DNA of 64,000 bases, taken from assembly GCA_963748015.1 (NCBI GenBank), contig CAVVHE010000004.1, forward strand, positions 736,001 to 800,000, in the 5' to 3' direction. A model generated the notes under the pieces. That model searched no databases. It had not been told where the DNA came from and saw only the letters and a list, made by a program, of their open reading frames with translations. Both the position numbers and the translations under genes were made by a program. Numbering within the stretch: the first letter of the stretch is position 1; each line of letters begins with the position of its first letter. The stretch is from Terriglobia bacterium. Its GTDB lineage: Bacteria; Acidobacteriota; Polarisedimenticolia; Polarisedimenticolales; JAIQFR01. Positions 8,516 through 16,627 of this stretch are shown in pieces.

Positions 8516-9724
8516 CTACCCCGCCTCCTGCTCCTCCCCGAGTACCGCTTCCCGATAGCACGGGTATGCCCAGCCTCCCCACCCCAGACGGGTCACCGCC
8601 TCGGCGCCCTCGACGCCCTGGTCGGCCAGTTCGGCGGCCGTCTGCTGGACGAGGTCGAGGCCGAAGAAGCAGGAGGCGGAGTACAGGAGGCGGTTGACCG
8701 TGTCGGGCGGGGTGCGCGCCACCTGCTCGCCGAAGCCGGAGTGGCCGAGCCGGTTCGCGAGGTAGGCGACCGGGTCGAATGCCGGCTCCTGCCGAGCGCG
8801 GGCGGAGAGCGCTCCGAGGCATGCCGGGAGCGCGTGGTGGAGGAATGCCAGGCGGGTCATCCGGCGGGCAAGCTCGAGATCCTGCTCGGAGAGGTCGAAC
8901 GCGGCGCGGTGCTCCTCGAGAAAGGGCACGGCGAGAGCGGCGCGGTAGTCCGCGAACCCTTCGGACGGTGGGAGTGCGGCGAAGCGGATCCGCGCGCGAT
9001 GGTCCGGCTGGAGGAACTCCGGAAGCTCGCGGCTCAGGGCGTTCTGCACCGCGTGCCCGGCGAGCTCGTGCGCGAGGCTCCGCGCGACGGCCACGGGACT
9101 GACCCGGATCCGGTCCCCCTCGCGGAACACCATGAACTCACCGGGCGCCAGGACTACGCGGTGACGGGCGGGCTCGTACCAGGCGTGGTCGGCCTCCGCG
9201 CCGCCGAGCACGATCTCCGCGTCGGTCCCGGGGATCCGCCCTTCTCGGGCTCCCAGCCACTCGCGGAACGCTTGGCCGACCTTCGCCGTAAGCTGCTCGA
9301 GAAGGGGCCTCACGTCCGGAGCCTCCGGCGCGACGCGGTTCGCGCGGAAGCCGTGCCTGAGCTCCAGATAGCTCAGCACGTCCCTCTGATCCAGGTCGGC
9401 CAGCGCCGATTCGAGCCGGTCGAGCGCCCCGGGTCCAGCGAGGACGTCGAGAAGTCGCTGCGGGGAAACGCTCGGCCACTCGAATCGGTAGCGGGCGGTC
9501 TGCTCCAGGAGCTCCCAGGAGGCCTCGAGGTGCCGTACCACGAGAGTCTCGAAGGGCGTGGCCGGCTCGCACGAGCGGACCAGGTTCCTGGCGCGCGTGA
9601 GCTCCCAGGTCAGGTGCCCGAAGGCGAGAGGCGAGGGGAGGTCGTCGAGCGCGTCGAGGAGGAGCTCGGCGGAGTCGAGGCAGCGCGCGTCGGCTTCGCG
9701 AAGGGGATCGAGGGGAAAGGTCAT
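8516..9724 (-). CDS. Putative zinc metallopeptidase (DUF885-like HExxGH...EG motif), candidate RiPP leader peptidase
   Basis: LAHELAGHAVQ followed by SEGFADY. ATGA overlap with the upstream ATP-grasp gene. Confidence 0.55.
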   Translation of the reverse strand: MTFPLDPLREADARCLDSAELLLDALDDLPSPLAFGHLTWELTRARNLVRSCEPATPFETLVVRHLEASWELLEQTARYRFEWPSVSPQRLLDVLAGPGALDRLESALADLDQRDVLSYLELRHGFRANRVAPEAPDVRPLLEQLTAKVGQAFREWLGAREGRIPGTDAEIVLGGAEADHAWYEPARHRVVLAPGEFMVFREGDRIRVSPVAVARSLAHELAGHAVQNALSRELPEFLQPDHRARIRFAALPPSEGFADYRAALAVPFLEEHRAAFDLSEQDLELARRMTRLAFLHHALPACLGALSARARQEPAFDPVAYLANRLGHSGFGEQVARTPPDTVNRLLYSASCFFGLDLVQQTAAELADQGVEGAEAVTRLGWGGWAYPCYREAVLGEEQEAG

Positions 9725-10656
9725 GGCGTTCCCCTGCCGATCAGGTAATCGGCGAGCTTACCGGAGATGTCGAGCCCCGAGCGGGCCTCGAAGTTCACGA
9801 AGAACGGCGCGGAATTGCATTCGAGGAGCATGAAGCGGCCGGTGTCGCTCTGTCGCATGAAATCCACGGCCGAGAAGGGCATTTCCCAGATCCGCACGGC
9901 GGCTAGCGCCGCGGCGGCCGCGTCCGCGGGAAGGGCGATGCGGCGCACCCTCGCGCTCCCGCGCCGGGAATCGATCTCGGACGGCGCCGTGGGAACGACT
10001 TCCGCCGCGCCGATCACCGCGCCCCCGAGGACGAACGCGCGGACGTTGTCCCCCTCGATCCTTTCCTGGAGCAGGACCGGCGACCTGCGGAGCATCGCAT
10101 TCGCGGCCTCTAGCGACCGGGGCAGCTCGAGCCGCTCGGTGTGCGTGTATCCCCCCACCATGCCCTTCGTGATCCAATCCCCGGGCAGCCGGTCCTGCAT
10201 CGTCGCGAGGAGATTCGCGTCGGTCGTGGAGACCGTGACCGGGACCGGCAATCCGGCCCGCTCGTACTCGGCGATCTCGAACGGCTTGAGGAAGTGCACG
10301 TCGTGCGTGGCGGGTGGATTCACCACCGGGATCCTGCGTCCCAGGTGCTCGAGGAGAGCGTTCCACGCCGAAAGCTGGCGGCGCGAGCGGTCGAGGGCGG
10401 GGCGGCTCGCCTCGAGATCCACGGTTCCATCCGGCGCCCGCACGACGGACGGAGGCAGCCGGAACTCGGCGATGTAGATCCCCCGGACGTTCGAGAGATC
10501 CTCGCCGCATGCCGAGATCCGGCCTCGGCCGATGCGGATGGCGGGGTCGTTCCGGGGATCGAGGACGACGGGCTGCCCTCCTCGTTCCTCGATTCGCATG
10601 CCGAGACGCTGCACCTCGGGGCGATCGGTCGGTCCGACCAGCGCGATGCGTATCAA
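9721..10656 (-). CDS. ATP-grasp ligase (RimK / graspetide synthetase-like)
   Basis: TTG start overlapping the rSAM stop (TTGA), GGAGGAG RBS. Motifs VVNPP...LKP, GLPVPVT, WITKG, PVLLQERIEG, IDSR, AVDF, LLECNSAP. Confidence 0.85.
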   Translation of the reverse strand: MIRIALVGPTDRPEVQRLGMRIEERGGQPVVLDPRNDPAIRIGRGRISACGEDLSNVRGIYIAEFRLPPSVVRAPDGTVDLEASRPALDRSRRQLSAWNALLEHLGRRIPVVNPPATHDVHFLKPFEIAEYERAGLPVPVTVSTTDANLLATMQDRLPGDWITKGMVGGYTHTERLELPRSLEAANAMLRRSPVLLQERIEGDNVRAFVLGGAVIGAAEVVPTAPSEIDSRRGSARVRRIALPADAAAAALAAVRIWEMPFSAVDFMRQSDTGRFMLLECNSAPFFVNFEARSGLDISGKLADYLIGRGTP

Positions 10657-12023
10657 GCCGGGTCTCCTCCTACGCCTCCTCGGCGGCGCTCGCTCGCATC
10701 GCCCGCCGGGATCCTGGAGACGTGCCGGATCTCGAGGATCGGCTCGAGGTGGAACTTGTAGTGCTCGCACGCTCCGTGAGGCTCGTCCTTCAGCTTGAGC
10801 GCCTCGTAAGGGCACCCCCCGTGGCAGAGGGGCAGCACGCTGCAGGAGCGGCACTCGCTCTTGTCCATGGGAGTCCAGGCGAGCCAGGCCGCCTCGTTGG
10901 TCCGATGGAACGGCTGGCTCCCGTCCACGAGGTGGCCGACGGCCAGGTCGGGACCGAGCGTCACCTCGTGCCAGCACTTGAAGATCGCGCCGGAGGGAGC
11001 GATCACGTAGGCCTCGGCTCGATCGGCGGTGCAGAACGCTCCCGTCAGGCGGAATGGATAGCGCGAGAGCGGCAGCTTCCGGCGCGCGGCCTCTCGGTAG
11101 ATCTCGACCTCGGTGCGGGCGAACTCCTCGCTCGAGAAGCAGCTCTCCTGGATGTTGCCGCAGACGGTGCCGGCGGCCGTGACCTGCGCGAGATAGGGGC
11201 GGGCCTTGGCGGCGATCCCTTCTCTCGCGAGGAGTTCGACGACCTCCAGGGCGGCGTCGGCGTTGCGCCTGTCCACGTTGATTCGCGTCTGGAACTGCGC
11301 GAGGTCCACGGTATCCTTCATGTTTCGTACGATGCGCTCGAACGTGCCCTGGCCTCCCGCGAGGAACCGGCGCCGGTCGTGCTCCGCGGGCGGCCCGTCC
11401 AGCGTGATCTGCACCTCCTTCACGCCGAGCGCGGCGAGCTTCTCCATGCGGCGCCGGTCCAGGAGATACCCGTTGGTGACGAGCTGGGCCTGGTAGGCGA
11501 ATCCCCGTTCCGCCGCGAGCGCCTGGAATCGCGTCGAAAGATTCTCGAGCACCTGCAGGGCGCCGGGAAGGGTGGGCTCCCCGCCGAACCACGTGACGTG
11601 GAAGAGTTCGATGCGGCGGGAGCGCTCGTCGACCCATTCCAAGAGGGCGTCCTGCACGGGACGGCTCATCGTGACCCTGAGGTGCTCCTCGTAGCAGTAG
11701 TCGCAGCGGAAGTTGCAGTCGAGGGTCGGCGCGATGGTGAGATGCAGCTGGTCGGTCCGGAACCGGTCGCGCATCATCCCGACCTGCAGCGCGGCCAGTT
11801 CGTCGTCGCCCTCTTCCAACAGGAAATGCCCCTCGATCAGGGCCTCCCGGATGTCGCGCTTGTGAGCGGTATCGCAGGGAATGCCTTCGGGATCGGCCAG
11901 GATCGCCTGGATGAAGGGCACGTCGCCGGGGTCGAGCTCGGCCAACGCGGTGGACCAGGAGTTGAATGCGAGCCAGGTACCGTCGCTCGCCTGGAAGATA
12001 CGGTTGTATCGCGATCGTTTCAC
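10653..12023 (-). CDS. Radical SAM/SPASM domain peptide maturase
   Basis: GTG start (GTGA overlap, GGAG RBS). CNFRCDYC (CX3CX2C), WFGGEP, TNG, QITLDG. SPASM cysteines C..KC...CRSC....LCHGGCP...C. N-terminal extension starting MKRSRYN (RRE-like). Confidence 0.92.
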   Translation of the reverse strand: MKRSRYNRIFQASDGTWLAFNSWSTALAELDPGDVPFIQAILADPEGIPCDTAHKRDIREALIEGHFLLEEGDDELAALQVGMMRDRFRTDQLHLTIAPTLDCNFRCDYCYEEHLRVTMSRPVQDALLEWVDERSRRIELFHVTWFGGEPTLPGALQVLENLSTRFQALAAERGFAYQAQLVTNGYLLDRRRMEKLAALGVKEVQITLDGPPAEHDRRRFLAGGQGTFERIVRNMKDTVDLAQFQTRINVDRRNADAALEVVELLAREGIAAKARPYLAQVTAAGTVCGNIQESCFSSEEFARTEVEIYREAARRKLPLSRYPFRLTGAFCTADRAEAYVIAPSGAIFKCWHEVTLGPDLAVGHLVDGSQPFHRTNEAAWLAWTPMDKSECRSCSVLPLCHGGCPYEALKLKDEPHGACEHYKFHLEPILEIRHVSRIPAGDASERRRGGVGGDPA

Positions 12024-12871
12024 GATGAGGCTCCAAGGGCTATGGCCTCGAGCCTCTCGAGGAGGAGCGGCGCGAGGCGTCCGTCGAGACAGGTGTTCCA
12101 GGACGCGAGATCGGGGCCGGCCTCGATCGCGAGGATCTCTGCCGAGGCCGGGGCCGCCGCGACGGAGACGGACGCGATTTGCAGGCCGAGAGCGAGGGCG
12201 GCGGCCGTCGCGAGGGCGGCGGCTTCCTTGGGGACGTTCTCCCAGCCGCGTCCGCGGACGCCCGCCGGGTTTCCACCGACGACGAGGAGCTCGAGGACCT
12301 CGCCTCGAATCGGCGCTAGAACGATCGCCGGCTCGCCTGGAGCGGGACGGGAGGGGCGGTGCCAGCGGTCGCGGCCGGCGGCGTCCAGGACCAGGCCCCC
12401 CTCGCGGGAGGCGTCCGGCGCCGGCTCGAGCGCCCACGGATGGACCGGAAGTCCAGCGCCGGCAAGGCGTTCGAGGGCCACCGCCGGGGACGCGGCGAGG
12501 TGCGCCGCGGCGGGCGGATTCCAGACGGGCACGGTCCGGGAGGCGATCCAGATTGCCGAGAGCGCCAGCGAGCGGGCTTCGCGCTCGGGAGAGATCCTGG
12601 CACCCGGCTCGGGAGACTCGAAGCGGAGCTCCTCGGGGAGTTGCGGCTGCGGCCACGGGAAAAGCGGGCATTCCAGCAGGATCGCGCCCGCTCCGAGGAG
12701 ATCCACGCCCTCCCAGACGACCTCGCCGGGGCTCACCGTCACGGGGCGGTTCCGGAGAGGCGCGTCGAGCGAGAGCGCGACGCACTCGGTCCCCCGGGCC
12801 CTCGCCGCTTCCACGAGCGACGGCCCGAAACCTGCCGCTTCCACGCCGAGATACGCCAAAGTCCGGAGCAT
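12020..12871 (-). CDS. Degenerate ATP-grasp-fold protein (paralog of 9721-10656 lacking catalytic residues)
   Basis: Collinear motifs PVWNPPAA, AGLPV, LVVGG, AAALA. The Lys, VDF and ECN motifs are replaced by ASP, VSV and AIEAGP. Stop overlaps the rSAM start. Confidence 0.65.
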   Translation of the reverse strand: MLRTLAYLGVEAAGFGPSLVEAARARGTECVALSLDAPLRNRPVTVSPGEVVWEGVDLLGAGAILLECPLFPWPQPQLPEELRFESPEPGARISPEREARSLALSAIWIASRTVPVWNPPAAAHLAASPAVALERLAGAGLPVHPWALEPAPDASREGGLVLDAAGRDRWHRPSRPAPGEPAIVLAPIRGEVLELLVVGGNPAGVRGRGWENVPKEAAALATAAALALGLQIASVSVAAAPASAEILAIEAGPDLASWNTCLDGRLAPLLLERLEAIALGASS

Positions 12872-12904
12872 GCGTCGTAATATACCGCCTCTTGGAGTGT
12901 AACC

Positions 12905-13975
12905 ATGCGCCGCCGATTGCCGCTGATGCGAACCCTCTTGATTCTCATCGCCCTTCTCGTCTTGACATGCGCCGCGGTGCTCGGTTTCTGGCGAATCGAC
13001 CGCGTCGTGATCGCCGACGGGCGTCTCGAGGGCGGGTCCATCGCCGTCTGCTCGCCCCGGGACGGCGTCGTCGCCGAGGTGTTGGTGCGCGGTGGGCTCG
13101 CGGTCAAGGCGGGGGACGCGCTCGTCCGGCTGGATCGGCGGGAGCTGGAGGCGGAGGCGGCGGGACGTCTCGCTCGTTTCCAGGGACTCGAGGCGGAGCG
13201 CAACTCGAAGCTGGCGGAGCTGAGGCGGATCGAGGGCGCGGTCCAGCCCCGGGAGAGGGACGAGGCGAGGGCGGCCGCCGAGCGGGCCCGCATCGAGCAG
13301 CGGCGTACCGATCTGGAGGCCGATGCCACGGCGCGGCTCGGCGAGGAGGGGATCGTCGGACGGCTCCAGGTGGAGAAGGCGGCGCTTGACCGCAAGATCG
13401 CGGCCATGGGACTCGAGCGCGCCGAACGGGACATCCATCTCGTCGAGGCGCAGCAACGGGCCACCGTGGAGGGGATGACCGCGGACATCCGGCGCCTCGA
13501 GGGGGAGATGGACGCGGAGCGGGTGGCGCGGGATGCGCTCCTCGAAAACATCCGCGCTTCGTCGGTCGGCGCCCCGGTCGCGGGCATCGTCGTCGCGACG
13601 CGCCTCGAGGACCTGTCCGGAAGAGCCGTCGGGAAAGGGGAGGAGCTGTTGCGGGTGCAAGTCGGCTCGCCGGGAAAATTCGCCGGGATGTTGACCGACG
13701 CGGGGCGGGCCTCCGCGAAATCCGGGCAGCTGGTGAAGATCCGTCTCGACGCCTATCCCTGGCTCATCCACGGAACGCTCAAGGGGCGCGTGGCCCGCGC
13801 GTCGGAGCGCCGGGGCGACCGGGGAGGGTTCCCGGTGGAGATCGACATCGAGCCCTCGACCGCTCCCGGCGTCCTGCGAGAGGGGATGGCCGGAACGGCG
13901 CGGATCGTGGTCGAGGAGAAGGTCTCCCCGGGCCGGCTGTTCCTCGAAAGGCTGACGGGGCCGGGCGGGCCGTGA
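12905..13975 (+). CDS. HlyD-family membrane fusion / secretion adaptor protein
   Basis: N-terminal TM, lipoyl-like SPRDGVVAEVLV..G..VKAGDAL, long coiled coil, APVAGIV, LDAYPWLIHGTLKGRV. Confidence 0.88.
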   Translation: MRRRLPLMRTLLILIALLVLTCAAVLGFWRIDRVVIADGRLEGGSIAVCSPRDGVVAEVLVRGGLAVKAGDALVRLDRRELEAEAAGRLARFQGLEAERNSKLAELRRIEGAVQPRERDEARAAAERARIEQRRTDLEADATARLGEEGIVGRLQVEKAALDRKIAAMGLERAERDIHLVEAQQRATVEGMTADIRRLEGEMDAERVARDALLENIRASSVGAPVAGIVVATRLEDLSGRAVGKGEELLRVQVGSPGKFAGMLTDAGRASAKSGQLVKIRLDAYPWLIHGTLKGRVARASERRGDRGGFPVEIDIEPSTAPGVLREGMAGTARIVVEEKVSPGRLFLERLTGPGGP

Positions 13976-15741
13976 GGGGAGCGGATCCGCACCGGCGGGG
14001 GATGGTCCGGCGGTTCTTCGCCGCCTTCGTACGGCCCTATCTCGGCCTGCAGGTGGAGATCGGGCTCTGCCTCCTGGTCGGCGTCGTTCTCGGTCTCGCG
14101 GACCCGCTGGTTCTCCGTGCGATCATCGATCGCGCCCTCGGCGACGGCGACCGGCAGGCGCTTTTCCTGCTGACGGGACTGCTCGCGCTGGTGCTCTTGT
14201 TCCGCGTCGCCTTCCGCCTCCTCTCGACATGGCTCTACAGCTACTCGGGGCTGAGGATCCTGTTCGATCTCAGGAGCCGGATGTTCGAGCACGTCGAGCG
14301 GCTCTCCCCGTACTTCTTCCGGGGGGAGCGATTCGGCGACATCCTCTCGCGACTCACCTCCGACATCGACGTGCTGCAGCAGGCGGCGGCGCACACGGTG
14401 GTGAACGCGGCCAGCGACGGGCTGACCGTCGCGGGGATCCTCGCGCTCCTGGTCTGGCTCGATCCGGTCTTGACGGCGGGGCTCGTGCTCGCCTACCCGC
14501 TTCTCCTGGTCCTCCTCGCGCGGGTGAATCGCGACATCCGCGACGAGGGGCGGCGCGCGCGCGAGGCCTACGGCGGCCTCTTCGCGTTCCTGGAGGAGCG
14601 GCTGACGGGTATGCGGCTCGTTCAGGAGCACCTGCGCGAGAAGGCCGAGGCGCGCGCGCACGTGCGGGTCTCGCGGCCGCTGATCCGGTCGAACCTGGCG
14701 CTCTCGATGTACGGGGCGTGGCAGGTGGCGCTGGCCGATCTCGTGAACACGGGCGCCTTCGTGTTGATCTTCGTGGCAGGCGGCTCGAGGGTCCTCGCGG
14801 GCGCGCTCTCCGTCGGGAGTCTCGTTGCGTACTACACCCTGGCGACGCGGCTCTTGAGGCCGATCAGCGGGCTCATCGAGGTCAACGTGGACCTGCAGGT
14901 GGCGCGCGCGTCGCTTGCCCGGATCTTCGAGATGCTCGATCTGGTCCCGGAGATTCGCGAGCAGGCCGGGGCCAAGGCCCCGGTCGCGGTGCGCGGGCAC
15001 ATCGCGCTGAGCGGCGTCGGCCTCGCGTGGCCCGACGGGACGCGCGCCCTCGAGAACGTGGAGCTCGAGATCCCCTCGGGCGGCGTGGTCGCCGTCGTCG
15101 GTCCCTCGGGAGGAGGGAAATCGACCCTCGCCGCCTTGCTCCCTCGTTACATGGACCCTCAAGCGGGTCGGGTGACTATCGACGGGCTGGACATCCGTGG
15201 CTGGCCCCTTCGGGATCTGAGGCGAGCGGTCGGGCTCGTTCCGCAGGAGACGCAGGTCTTCCACGACACGCTGGAAGCCAATCTTCGGCTCGCCTCGCCC
15301 GGCGCGCCCGAGGCGCGCCTCCTCGAAGCGCTCGAGCTCGCAGGGCTCGGCGAGTTCGTGCGCTCGATTCCGGAGGGGTTGAAGACCACCGTCGGGGAGC
15401 AGGGTCTGCGCCTGAGCGGCGGAGAGAGACAGCGGCTCGCCCTCGCGCGGGCCCTCCTGAAGGACCCGGCCGTTCACGTCCTCGACGAGGCGACCTCCGC
15501 GCTGGACCCGCGTACCGAGCGGCAGGTGCTCGCGCGCTTCCTCGAGCGCGTACGGGGGCGGACGGTCATCCTGATCGCCCACCGGCTCACGAGCCTCGTG
15601 GGGGTGGACAGGATCTTCGTGCTCGCGAGGGGACGGATCGAAGGGAGCGGCACCCACGAGGAGCTCTACCGCGCCGGCGGACTCTACAAGGACCTCTACG
15701 ACGACCAGCTCCGGCGCGTCGGCGAGGAACCGCACCCGTAG
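13972..15741 (+). CDS. ABC exporter, fused TMD-NBD (no N-terminal C39 peptidase domain)
   Basis: Six-TM domain, Walker A GPSGGGKST, signature LSGGERQR, Walker B VLDEATSALD, IAHRL. Confidence 0.93.
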   Translation: MRGADPHRRGMVRRFFAAFVRPYLGLQVEIGLCLLVGVVLGLADPLVLRAIIDRALGDGDRQALFLLTGLLALVLLFRVAFRLLSTWLYSYSGLRILFDLRSRMFEHVERLSPYFFRGERFGDILSRLTSDIDVLQQAAAHTVVNAASDGLTVAGILALLVWLDPVLTAGLVLAYPLLLVLLARVNRDIRDEGRRAREAYGGLFAFLEERLTGMRLVQEHLREKAEARAHVRVSRPLIRSNLALSMYGAWQVALADLVNTGAFVLIFVAGGSRVLAGALSVGSLVAYYTLATRLLRPISGLIEVNVDLQVARASLARIFEMLDLVPEIREQAGAKAPVAVRGHIALSGVGLAWPDGTRALENVELEIPSGGVVAVVGPSGGGKSTLAALLPRYMDPQAGRVTIDGLDIRGWPLRDLRRAVGLVPQETQVFHDTLEANLRLASPGAPEARLLEALELAGLGEFVRSIPEGLKTTVGEQGLRLSGGERQRLALARALLKDPAVHVLDEATSALDPRTERQVLARFLERVRGRTVILIAHRLTSLVGVDRIFVLARGRIEGSGTHEELYRAGGLYKDLYDDQLRRVGEEPHP

Positions 15742-16024
15742 CCCGCGAACCGCGGCGCGGTCAGGCGTCTAAGTCAAGACGAATCCAATAGTTATGCGCC
15801 AGATGGACGAGGCGTCTCGGGTCCGCTTCGCGACGGTCCCGGGGATCGGCCTCGGGGCCGGGGAACGAATCTCGGCGACGGATAGCCTCTAGCCGCGCGA
15901 AACCTATATTAGTTCTGGGACGAGGGGCGTGCCCGCGGTCTCACCCGGCCCGAGCGGTCGAGCCCGGACCGGCAAGGAGAGTCGCCGCGGCACGCGCCCC
16001 CGGCGCGAAGGGGGACGGAACGCC

Positions 16025-16477
16025 ATGAAACGGAGCACCCGCGGGTTCACCTTGATCGAGCTTCTGATCGTCGTGGCGATCATAGGAATCATCTCGGCGA
16101 TCGCCATTCCGAACCTGCTCAACGCCATCGATCGCGGGAAGCAGAAACGATCCATGGTGGACATCCGTTCGGTGGCCACCGCCGTGGAAGGGTACGCGAT
16201 CGAGTTCAACTATTACCCCGTCGCGAACGACATGGCCTCGCTCGCGACCGCCGCGACCAGCGTCGTCCCCCAGTACATCGCGGTGATGCCGATGCAGGAC
16301 GCCTGGCGCAACGACTTCTATCTCTCCTCGTCCACCCTCGGATACACGATCGCCTCCGGCGGGAAGGACGGCGGCGGTCTCACCGGCGTGCAGTGGGGTC
16401 CATTCCAGGACTTCAACAAGCCGATCGTGATGATGGTCGGCACGTTCATGGCGTGGCCCGAGGGCGCGCAGCGGTAA
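16025..16477 (+). CDS. Type IV pilin / type II secretion pseudopilin (GspG-like)
   Basis: Prepilin cleavage motif RG/FTLIELLIVVAII; DAWRN..Y and SGGKDG motifs. Confidence 0.88.
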   Translation: MKRSTRGFTLIELLIVVAIIGIISAIAIPNLLNAIDRGKQKRSMVDIRSVATAVEGYAIEFNYYPVANDMASLATAATSVVPQYIAVMPMQDAWRNDFYLSSSTLGYTIASGGKDGGGLTGVQWGPFQDFNKPIVMMVGTFMAWPEGAQR

Positions 16478-16627
16478 CGATCCGCCGGCGCCCCCGCGTC
16501 GCCCTCCGCCGCACCCCCGCGCTACCTCTCCGGCCGACCTTTCCGCCGTCGGCTTGACCCCGCGACCGACACGGCGGTACCCTCCTCTTTCGCTGACTGG
16601 AACCGAATCCCCAGGAGAAAAGAACTC

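Noticed and set aside
15765..15800. AT-rich IHF-like or att-like element (TAAGTC...AATCCAATAGTTA) between the ABC exporter and pilin genes
   Set aside because: Imperfect match to WATCAANNNNTTR, no partner repeat or integrase, so no evidence for an island boundary.
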